The position numbers and the translations under genes were made by a program. Shown here in pieces: positions 10,424 through 19,908 of a stretch of 64,000 nucleotides of DNA. This DNA is from Schizochytrium sp. TIO01 (taxonomy: Eukaryota > Protista > Bigyra: Labyrinthulomycetes), in assembly GCA_004764695.1 (NCBI GenBank), contig SMSO01000035.1, positions 930,001 through 994,000 on the forward strand. Reading direction: 5' to 3'. Numbering within the stretch: position 1 is the stretch's first letter; each line of letters begins with the position of its first letter. Under the pieces are notes generated by a model, which was not told the DNA's origin, did not search any database, and saw only the letters and a program-made list of their open reading frames with translations.

Positions 10424-12448
10424 ATGGAGACTTCTTCACAATCCAACGATGCTCGGCATCAGCAAAAGCAGGTCCAAGCGACCCTAAAACCTATAAAGAT
10501 AGCAAGTTGCAAGACTCACGCCTCAAGAATCGATAGAAACCTGACGATAGAGAACCCTGCATCTCCGCAAGGTGCTTCAATATACCGCATAGCTGCAGAG
10601 AAGCGTTCATGTGAGCGTCTTTGGGAGCATCTTGTCAATGAAGAGATTCTTAAAGAGGTATTCCCCGGTCTGGATCTTAAACATGGCGCTTGGGATAATG
10701 AAGAACATCTGTGGACTATCACTATTCCAGAATTGCAAGATCCAATGATTTCGACAGTGACAATGAAATCTGCTGCCGAGATGTTAAGTTGGAGCGAGGA
10801 ATCCGTACGTAAGCGCCTCGGCAAGAGCTTTTCAGAAGAAAAGTGGGATGCTGTGCATCGTGAACTTGAACATGCAGTTATGAGTGAGACACTTGCATTA
10901 GCAGCTCGCCCTAGTTTCCTAGAAAAAAGCTTTTGTTTCAAACGAGGTGATCTAGATGGCAATTTCCTTGAGCAAATTCACTCTGCCCAGCGAGGCAGTC
11001 TATTGTTCTGGGAACAGTTGGCGTCATTTGATGGGCACCCACATCACCCAACAGCAAAGTGTAAATTACCTTTGAGTGCGGAGCAAGTTTCTGCGTATGG
11101 ACCAGAGTTCGACCGGGTTATTTATCTTCATTTTGCTGCTTTGCGCAATGATGTAACTGTATGCAAAGGTGAACAGCCATTTCGAGACGCTCTAAAACAT
11201 TGTTTTCCGGACACTATGGAAAACTGGAGTCGTGCAGTGAAGTCTGCAGGATTTGAGCCAAAAGACTTCACACCTGTTCCAGTGCATCCTGCACATATAA
11301 AACCTATGTTGAAGCGCTTTGGCTCGCTTGTTGACACTAAACAGTTACTGTTATTTCCCATATCAATGGTCTCTTTACCAACAAAGGCAACAATGTCTTT
11401 ACGGACGATGATCCCTGTTGACTGTTCAGGTGCTGTTGAGAATCGCAGTTCAGTTCACATAAAACTTCCATTAGAAGTACAAGCATCTAGTTTAGTTCGT
11501 TATGTTTCACCGGTTGAGGCTCATGATAGCCCTGTCTTAACCAAGATGCTGGCTGATATGCTTTTGAAGAGCCCGCATGCGTCTTTTTTACATGGTGCCC
11601 TTGAAATGATGGACGAGTCGACAAGCATTTGGTTGAACTATGAAGGTGCGTGTGGATATAAATATGAGGATGCGCGTTATTTGTCATGCCTTTTGAGGGA
11701 TGCCCCACAAGTCGGCACGGGTGAACCTTTCATCCAAATGCCGCTGGCTGCTGTCTTTTCAGAGATTGAATGGAATGGAATCTCTGCACCTGTTCTCTTA
11801 CACATTATGAAGCATGACGCCAGGGTTTCCTGCCCTGATGAAGCTCGCGCATATTTTCAGGATTATACTAGTCGTGTGCTTCGTGGCATCCTTGGGCTAT
11901 GGGTTCGATTTGGACTGGTCCTGGAAGCTCATCAACAAAATTCTGTACTAGTATTTGACCGCACGACAGGAAGGCTGCAGAAGATTTTGTACAGGGATAT
12001 TTGCGGTGGTCTTTGTGGTGACATTGAGGTACTAGAGATGCATGGCTGGGGCCATATCAAAACACTCTTGCATCCGCGACAGGACTATATTCTTGGAGGT
12101 AATAGGGACGCAGATGATGATGCCGAGGATTATGCTTATATGATTGGGGCTTTAGAGCACATTCTTGTGCATAGCCATCTTGTTCCCGTGGCGCGATTGA
12201 TTGCGAACGCCTTTGGACTGTCATATAATGCGCTCTTAGCCGGGGATGTGCGTTGTGCAATTTCTGCCTTGTGCGATGAAGGGCTTCAAACAGACCCTTC
12301 TTTATATGAACATATTGAGCGTACTCGACAATACTTGCTCGAAACTCCTCACTCACAATACAAGTGTTTATTTCTTATGCGTTGTATGGATTCAAAAGAT
12401 GAATTCTATGCAAATGGCCTCCCTAACCCTTTGTATATCACTTCTTGA
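10424..12448 (+). CDS. IucA/IucC-family NRPS-independent siderophore (NIS) synthetase
   Basis: NIS motifs DGHPHHPTAKCK, YGPEF, VPVHP, TMSLRT, HIKLPL..QASSLVRYVS, LEAHQQN, LYRD and the C-terminal KCLFLMR..LPNPL. The first ATG is at 10424. No intron is evident. Confidence 0.9.
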   Translation: METSSQSNDARHQQKQVQATLKPIKIASCKTHASRIDRNLTIENPASPQGASIYRIAAEKRSCERLWEHLVNEEILKEVFPGLDLKHGAWDNEEHLWTITIPELQDPMISTVTMKSAAEMLSWSEESVRKRLGKSFSEEKWDAVHRELEHAVMSETLALAARPSFLEKSFCFKRGDLDGNFLEQIHSAQRGSLLFWEQLASFDGHPHHPTAKCKLPLSAEQVSAYGPEFDRVIYLHFAALRNDVTVCKGEQPFRDALKHCFPDTMENWSRAVKSAGFEPKDFTPVPVHPAHIKPMLKRFGSLVDTKQLLLFPISMVSLPTKATMSLRTMIPVDCSGAVENRSSVHIKLPLEVQASSLVRYVSPVEAHDSPVLTKMLADMLLKSPHASFLHGALEMMDESTSIWLNYEGACGYKYEDARYLSCLLRDAPQVGTGEPFIQMPLAAVFSEIEWNGISAPVLLHIMKHDARVSCPDEARAYFQDYTSRVLRGILGLWVRFGLVLEAHQQNSVLVFDRTTGRLQKILYRDICGGLCGDIEVLEMHGWGHIKTLLHPRQDYILGGNRDADDDAEDYAYMIGALEHILVHSHLVPVARLIANAFGLSYNALLAGDVRCAISALCDEGLQTDPSLYEHIERTRQYLLETPHSQYKCLFLMRCMDSKDEFYANGLPNPLYITS

Positions 12449-13639
12449 TAATTATGGATATTATAAGCGAAGGCGTGCTGGCTCGGCAAATGGAATTCTT
12501 CCGTGATATAGCTCAAGCTTCAGATCGAGAATTTGAGCTCTGCGAGACATACAGCATTTCCAGAGGCCTTGGAGCAAATGACAACAATGATCGGATGTAC
12601 TTTTAAACGTTAATTATATATTTTTTCATGGTGGGGAGGGGGCTAGATTTAAGACTTTAATTACGTTTCCTCTTGAAACCCTACGTTATCGTTTGATTTG
12701 CATTGAAAGTCAAAATAAGAACGATATAATCATTTCGACAACAGAACTTTACCAGCTGCAACTTAAGTACCCACTATTCCTTGTTTGACGCTTTCACAAA
12801 CCAACTCTTCTATAAATCCTTCCACATGGGTGAAAACTCAAGTCAAATCATAACATCCCTAATAATGCTTAGTCGTCTTCTTCATCCTCCTCCCACTTTT
12901 TGCCAGTACACACCCTCGCCCGTCAGAAAAATTGGCAAGATGATGATACTCCTAATCTTCACCTTTTAAAATATCCCCATTTCCATTCTGCATCACTTTT
13001 TCGTTCGCTCGTTCGTCCATCCCCTATGACTTTTTGTCTCCTCTTTCCAACGCGAATCAGACTTCATCGACTTCCACTTCGTCTTGTTGTCTCCATCCTC
13101 ATGTTTGAGCTTCAAGCGCCTCAAGTACCTGCGAGCAAGGTTTTTAAATTAAAAATTTACTCCGAGTAAACACATAACCTTGAATCAGTTTTTGAGGAAA
13201 CCGTTTCCTTAGGAGGAGAATCTTGCACTGCACCTAAAACTTAGAGTGGAACTGAAGAGCAACGAAAGCGAAGAAGCTTTCATCATCGCAGTTGCTGTCG
13301 ATTTATAGGTACCTAGTACCCGTCTAAATGATAAGAAAAGAATAAACAGGTAACTTCAAATGAAACAATGGAACAACCAAATAGAACAAACTCTGAATTT
13401 AAAGCTCTTTCAAGGACAGCAGCCAAAGCTAACCACACTCAAGCTGCGCAGAATACAGACTCTTTCCCTTCCCTTTCTCCGAGTTCGTGTCATTAACCAC
13501 AGCCTCTCGGCGTACAAAGCTTTCCATCTCCCTTTTCAGTGGCTGGCCATCTACCTTCAGATCATCACGTCAACTTCACAAAGACCGTCCATCCAACAAA
13601 CACCTATTCCTCGGTTACTACTCTGTTGCCGTCTCCACA

Positions 13640-14971
13640 ATGACAGAGGGCTCGGGTCTTGCTTGGGCAGGTTCGCTGAGTAGCAGCGGATCCTCTGTTC
13701 GTCGTGGTGGCCTAGACGTCGTCGATGATGGCTCTGCCGCAGGCCTCGATCTTGTTGGCCTCGCTCGGGTCTGTGCCGACGTGGGTCGTCCTGAGGATGC
13801 AGTTCGGTTTCTCGCCGAGGCTGCTTTGCGTTCATACGAGACAGATCCTGAGCATGACTTTGACGGTAGTGAGCGCGCTTTATTCTCCAAATCACTAAAG
13901 AAGGTCGTCAACTCGCAGCGGAAGGCACTTCGAGTTCTCTTGGCACAACAGAAGCGTCTAGCGGCCCAGGACTCTCGTGGCGCCGCACTCGTCGGGGAGT
14001 ACCGCGCGCTCAAGGTTGTACAGTTTGAAAATCTCTGCGTTCAGATTGTCGCTCTCATCAGAGATGTGCTTCTGCCTGTCTCTTCGGGTGCTGAGAGTGT
14101 GGTATTCTACTGCAAACTCGCTGGAGACCATCTTCGATACCTCTGCGAACTGCCAGTACCACGTCCAGCCTCCAACGCAGCCATAGAGAAACGTAAGCGG
14201 TGGGTAGAAGAAGCAGAACAGTTCTATCAGAGCGCTTTTGAGGAGTCACAAAGCGATCTGTCGCCAACTGATCCCTTGAGACTTAGCCTCATCTTGAATT
14301 TTGCGATTTTCTATTACGATATTCAGAGAGACCCAGAACACGCCTGTGAATTTGCAAAATCTGCCTATGACGATGCAGCAGCGGAACTTGGACTTGGCCC
14401 GTCCACCAATCCATTTGTGATTCCAACAGCCTCCAACGCAAACGCAAACACTGCGACTAATGTCAACAATGGCAATACCGCGAATAATACTAACAATGCA
14501 AGTAATGCAAACACAGCTTCAAATGCGAGCGCTGCGAAGCCCGCGAATACCGCTGGAAACGCAAATATTGCAAATGCTGCGAATACCGCAAATGTTTCAA
14601 ATGGCGTGGCTGCGAATGCTGGAAGTGCGTTGGGAAATGTGGCCGGAGGAGCTAGCACTAATGTAAACGCGAAAAATCAGGACTTGATCTCTGAACCATC
14701 AACAGCAATTGCTCAATTAGATGGACCTGCAACGGAGACAACGCGGATACTCAAGATTATTCATGAGTCGTTGCAGGAGTGGACACAGGCGCAACAACAA
14801 GAGCAGGAGCAAAAGGAACAGAAGGAACAGAAGGAACAGCAGCAGAAGGAGCAGCAGCGAACTGCAAATGGTAACAACAATAACAACCGTGCCCAACAGC
14901 AAGCCGCTCACCCTCATCCACCGCGATCTCCATCACCAAAACAACCGACTTCTGCATCTACTGTAGAGTGA
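13640..14971 (+). CDS. Divergent 14-3-3 family protein with Asn/Ala-rich insertion and Gln-rich tail
   Basis: 14-3-3 signatures ERALFSKSLKKVVNSQRKALR, ESVVFYCKLAGDHLRYLCE, LSPTDPLRLSLILNFAIFYYDI, ACEFAKSAYDDA and ILKIIHESLQEW. The first ATG is at 13640. A possible 5' UTR intron starts at 13350 (CAG|GTAACT). Confidence 0.85.
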   Translation: MTEGSGLAWAGSLSSSGSSVRRGGLDVVDDGSAAGLDLVGLARVCADVGRPEDAVRFLAEAALRSYETDPEHDFDGSERALFSKSLKKVVNSQRKALRVLLAQQKRLAAQDSRGAALVGEYRALKVVQFENLCVQIVALIRDVLLPVSSGAESVVFYCKLAGDHLRYLCELPVPRPASNAAIEKRKRWVEEAEQFYQSAFEESQSDLSPTDPLRLSLILNFAIFYYDIQRDPEHACEFAKSAYDDAAAELGLGPSTNPFVIPTASNANANTATNVNNGNTANNTNNASNANTASNASAAKPANTAGNANIANAANTANVSNGVAANAGSALGNVAGGASTNVNAKNQDLISEPSTAIAQLDGPATETTRILKIIHESLQEWTQAQQQEQEQKEQKEQKEQQQKEQQRTANGNNNNNRAQQQAAHPHPPRSPSPKQPTSASTVE

Positions 14972-15942
14972 TTGTCTCCAAGGATCACGTTGGAACATTC
15001 GCGATGTATAAGATACTGCTCCACAAGTGTCAAAAAGGAAGTAAAAAGCTATGAAAATTATATGGATCACTTTATACGCGAGCTTGCCATCTTTCTCTTC
15101 TTCTAGTTCTGCAAATATTTTAGTTCATCTGTGGTGGCCATCCCAATGGCATGTGACCCAAAAAGAACATAAGCTAATGCATACATATTTTATATATTTC
15201 CTGAATCTCTGTTGCACCCCTCTATTATGTTCTATTTTATTTCTGTTCCTTAGACTATATCCTGCTTTCGTCAGACCCAAACTCTAAATACTGACTTATC
15301 AGATCAAAACTGAGTTATCAGTTCAACAAGTAGTAATATTCGTAGAAGATGAAGAAGTGAGCACGATTCCTTAATTTTGTTTATCATCCAAAATTTAAAT
15401 CTAAAAATCAAATTAAAAAAATACACATAGTCGCCATTATGCTCAATTTCCCTTTACATGGCTTGTATTGATCCATAATCTTGCAATCATACTACAACCC
15501 TCAATCCCCCAATCCACCTAGGCTGTTATAAGCTCCCTTTCTGTCGAGTGAAGCTACTCTTGATGGTCAAGTACTAGGTCTTCTTTGCGAGCTAGGTGTT
15601 CTTAAAATAAGTTTATGTCGTTCTATTCGAAGTTGTTTCTAGCTAGCGACATCTTACTGCATATTACTCGTAGGCTAGTAACTGGTGCTCGGAATGATTT
15701 TTAAAAAACTTGGGAGAAAAAGTCTGCACACTATAATTTTTTAACGGATAAATTTCTCCAGCTGCTTTTTTCATTTGAGCTTATGAAAAACATGACCATG
15801 CAGTTATTTTGGCCAAGCTTGTGCAGTACGTACCTTGCCCCGACATATCTCTCAGTGGCAGACAAGCCAACGTGGCCTGACTATACCAGCCGCAAATATA
15901 TATTTAGAAGTGGAGCTGTAGACCTTAATCTTAGGCACTACA

Positions 15943-16611
15943 ATGGCTGAATTTCAGGTCGAGTATCTCGACGGGACTCAGGAGACGTCTAACTTTGTAT
16001 CCCGTGCAGGCCTTGCCCGCGTTACTTATGCAAACGGAGACGTTTACGAAGGCCCGTTCAACAACGAGCGTTTGAAGCATGGTAAAAATGCAAAATATAC
16101 CTTTGCGCCCCGAGCTGAAGATGGCGAGGACGCCCAACCTCTAACTTATGAAGGCGAGTATCGTGAGGGCTCAAGAACAGGCATCGGTAAGATGACATAC
16201 AGCGATGGAACAGTCTATCGCGGGGAATTTAAACAAGGTTTTCGCCATGGAAAGGGCTCTTACACTTACGCCAACAAAGACATATACTCTGGCGATTGGC
16301 AAAATGATAAGCGGCATGGCCAAGGTACTTATCTGCACGAGGCCTCCAACTGCCGTCTAGACGCGTATTGGGAGGATGGCAAGCCTGTGGAAGGCACCTT
16401 TACTCACCCAGATGGTACGACATACTCCGCAAATTTTGCCGATGCAGAATTCCGCGGCAAATGCAAAATTAAGTTTACAAGCGGCATGTCCATCCAAGGT
16501 GAATTTTTTGAGAGTCTTGTGAAGGGCAAAAAGAAGATTTGCTGGCGCGCAGCGGATTTTAAGGGTCTACAAAAGCTCACTGACGCGTCCATGACACGTT
16601 TGATCAATTAA
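15943..16611 (+). CDS. MORN-repeat protein (radial spoke head RSPH1-like)
   Basis: Tandem MORN repeats: YEGEYREGSRTGIGKMTYSDG, YRGEFKQGFRHGKGSYTYANK, YSGDWQNDKRHGQGTY. Confidence 0.85.
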   Translation: MAEFQVEYLDGTQETSNFVSRAGLARVTYANGDVYEGPFNNERLKHGKNAKYTFAPRAEDGEDAQPLTYEGEYREGSRTGIGKMTYSDGTVYRGEFKQGFRHGKGSYTYANKDIYSGDWQNDKRHGQGTYLHEASNCRLDAYWEDGKPVEGTFTHPDGTTYSANFADAEFRGKCKIKFTSGMSIQGEFFESLVKGKKKICWRAADFKGLQKLTDASMTRLIN

Positions 16612-16683
16612 AATACTTCATTTTCTCGTTTTGTATTTCGCATATTCTTCTTCATGTCCTATCCGACTAGAGTCCAGAGAGTT

Positions 16684-16833
16684 GTGAGGATTGTAAAATT
16701 TTCCATTGATCTCACGTAGAGTTCAAAACGTATCGGTGAGGATTGTAAAGTTTTCCATTGATCTCACGTAGAGTTCAAAACGTATCGGTGAGGATTGTAA
16801 AGTTTTCCATTGATCTCACGTAGAATTCAAAAC
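16684..16833. repeat. 52-bp tandem repeat, about 2.9 copies
   Basis: The unit GTGAGGATTGTAAA(A/G)TTTTCCATTGATCTCACGTAGAGTTCAAAACGTATCG starts at 16684, 16736 and 16788. Confidence 0.9.
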
Positions 16834-16899
16834 TTGCCTCATTTATTCTTCATATAAAATAATATAAAAGATCAAATAATGGCATCTTGGGATTTACAT

Positions 16900-18291
16900 C
16901 TACAAGCTCACTTCAGTCTCTTGGTTTGAGCTTGGACTGCTACGAGTCTTGATTTCACTGATGTTACTATGATTGTTGTTTTTGCTATTGTTACTTCGCT
17001 TTGTAAATGAATCTTTAGCAAAGTCCACATGTTTCCCTTTTGTCGCAGTACTACTTCTTTGACTTTCTTTTCCCACAGAGCTCGACTCCGCGCCCTTGCT
17101 TGAGGAAATAAATACCATTTCACCAACGCGTTCGAGGGGTTTGGCGATTCCGGATGCTATACCTGGAAGTTTCTTGATGACCATCTCTAAAACAGCAGCC
17201 TCTCCAAAATTCTGGTAAGCTAGAGCCTTTCGTTTAAGAACATCTGCCTCTGCTGTCCCCTTAGCAAGCAGGACATCAGCTTCAGCCTGACCTTCTGCGC
17301 GAAGTTTGCTAGCATTTGCTTGAGCAATAACTTGAATGGCCTTGGCTGCGTGCTGTTCGGCTAAAAATTGCGCCTCTGATTTGCCCTCGCGCTCCTTTTG
17401 CGAGCGCTGAACAGTAACATCAGAAACATTGTACTGGATTTCTTCTCTAACTTGATTTTGTCGTGCTTTCTCACGAACAAGAGACTGTTGTTGACGAGCC
17501 TTTTCAATAACAAAAGCGCTCCGAGATTCTGCCATGGCCTGATTTATCTCGCGATCAATCGCCGCGCGCTTCATGTTGAGGTTACGATTAGACTCTGCTT
17601 CTGTCTGCCGAGTTTTATTGATTGCAACATGCGCTTCTTGACGCGCAATTGCCTCGGCAGTGTTAGCATCAGCATTGTACGCGGCTACAGACTTACGAGC
17701 TGCGGCATCATTACGGGCACTTCCCTCCTGAGCTTCCCTCTTGACAATAGCTATTTGAGTCACTCCAAGGGAATCAAGGTATCCATCCTCGTCAGCTACT
17801 TGCGTTACAACGTAAGAGCAAAGTGCAAATCCAAGGGCTTTCAAGTCAGGGATTACTTGCTCTTTGACAAGCTCAGAAAACGCGCTGCGATCACGATACA
17901 AAGATTCTATCGTGAGACCTCCAAGAATCTGGCGTTGATGACCCTCCAAAGTTTGGCGTAGCGCTTCTTGGATTGCCTCCTCTGAATCACTCAAGAAATG
18001 ACTTACTGCTGTGCTGATCGACTCAACATTCGGAGCATGCACCTTGCCATCTTCATGCAGTTCATACGCTTGAACTTTAACTTGTGCAATGCCGGTAACA
18101 TTCACTCGAACTCCCATTGATGTCTCTGCACCAATGCTTTTAATTTCTAAAGTCAACATTTCCAAGCTTAGCCGCTCCACTGATTCCACAATCCACCATC
18201 GAAACGTTGTTGAACCAACATGAATGCTTGTACCTCTACAACCGAATTTGACCACGGCCTCATTCGGTCCACTTGTGACGAAATTCCCCAT
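16900..18291 (-). CDS. Flotillin (SPFH/band 7 family)
   Basis: Flotillin-like N-terminus MGNFVTSGPNEAVV, plus GVRVNVTGIAQVKV, TLEGHQRQILG, DEDGYLDSLG, an AEA-rich coiled coil and KLPGIASGIAKPL. Confidence 0.9.
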   Translation of the reverse strand: MGNFVTSGPNEAVVKFGCRGTSIHVGSTTFRWWIVESVERLSLEMLTLEIKSIGAETSMGVRVNVTGIAQVKVQAYELHEDGKVHAPNVESISTAVSHFLSDSEEAIQEALRQTLEGHQRQILGGLTIESLYRDRSAFSELVKEQVIPDLKALGFALCSYVVTQVADEDGYLDSLGVTQIAIVKREAQEGSARNDAAARKSVAAYNADANTAEAIARQEAHVAINKTRQTEAESNRNLNMKRAAIDREINQAMAESRSAFVIEKARQQQSLVREKARQNQVREEIQYNVSDVTVQRSQKEREGKSEAQFLAEQHAAKAIQVIAQANASKLRAEGQAEADVLLAKGTAEADVLKRKALAYQNFGEAAVLEMVIKKLPGIASGIAKPLERVGEMVFISSSKGAESSSVGKESQRSSTATKGKHVDFAKDSFTKRSNNSKNNNHSNISEIKTRSSPSSNQETEVSL

Positions 18292-19908
18292 CAGATCAGT
18301 TTGTGTACCTCTTGTTATGCCTCAGCCTTACCCAGACAGCTGAAGGCTCTGGTTCCGCAAGCTGTCCTTGGCAAAGCCTTTGCGATAGCTTTGTGGATAG
18401 TTGAAAAAGAGAAATCTAAAGACAGTCTTTCTATGAGTTGTTAAGGCCGGTTTCTGGTCTTCACGAAAGCGAACGAATCGCTTCTTTTGAGATCTCTCTT
18501 CCTGGTTCAGCCTGGCTCAGATCAACCACCTTCTGCAGGAAAGCGCAGCACCGCACGCCTGGGCTCGCGTTGCGACACGCAGCAAAAGCAGCTTCCTTTG
18601 TCGTATGCTCGGTCTTCTCGGCGCGCAGTCGTTTGAAGTGGGACTGTTTTCTGTAAAAACTTTTGAATAGGTACGTACCTAGGGTATCTTTTTAGTACTT
18701 GTACATATTTGTATATACTATACAAAGTACCCAAATGCCCAAGTTTAGTTAAGATATTCAGCCTATTAGGTAATCATGAGCTGTGCATGTAGCTTGGAAG
18801 TGAGTTTGTTGGGGGTCCTGCAAAGCTGGATCCATCAATTGCTAGCTCATTGCAAGGTTGATATAGAAAGACTTGCTAAATTAAGTAACTTCATTAGAAC
18901 AAAAAGATCATATTACGTATTATTCGAGAGGGTAACCAAATGACATCGTAGGAGTACTAGTACCTAGTAGGTTCATTTTTTTTTTTTAGTTCTATATTTT
19001 ATATTTAGAAACAAATAGCCTATACTATAAATTTTTCTAACTTTGTTTTTTAAATTAAAAATTAACGAAAAGAAACGAACTTGATGAGAGATTATTATAG
19101 CATGCCGATATGGTGGCATCAAAAGCATTTCTGATACCTGCTGATATGCGCAAAATGCAAACGTCGTCACCCCCTGCTATCCAATCATGGGCCTGTTTCC
19201 TAGTTGTTGCTTTTTCTTTTTTTAATTTTCTCATTTCCAGCGTATTTGGTAGTGGTCAATTTTTTACTCTCCTGTCTAAAGCTAGGAAGGAGTCTTGCTT
19301 ATCGCCATGCGAAGCAAGCCCATTGAACACTGATCTGTGTGAAAACAAAAATCAGCATACTATGCTTCATCGCTCGTGCATACGAACATGAATAGATCTA
19401 TAATACACCATAAATGAGTAAAGTCATACTGTCATCATTTAGGAAACTTGTAAAACATCACTAGCCACATACTAGTATTGCATGTCTAGCTCATTTGATT
19501 GTTTGTGAATAAGAGAGAATAGTATAAATAGAAAAGAAGTGAAGATTTTTGGAGAAGAGAGCGAGGAGGAAGGACTCTCTTCACAGTTACTTTCTTATGA
19601 TGATTTGTTTGCTGTAGTTCGACATTCTTTTTGTGTAGTTGTTTGGCAGTTCTTTTTTGTATTTTTTTTTTTTGTTTTTCTGAATGGTCTTTCTTTTATA
19701 TTCTTGAAAAGCAAAGATGAGTTGAGGGGTGCAGGTTAAATTATTGCATCTAGCTCAACTTTGGATGCAGCACACAGTTTAAGATAAACTAAACGGCACT
19801 GCACATGGTAGGCTCTACAACTGCCTCGTGTTATAAATCTGGTTTCTGTAAAAATAGGGAGCTTCCCAGGAGAAATTGTAGATATAACCAAATCCAGAAA
19901 CTTAAGGC

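Noticed and set aside
16684-16833. Possible CRISPR array
   Set aside because: Contiguous tandem units with no unique spacers, no cas genes, and a eukaryotic context.
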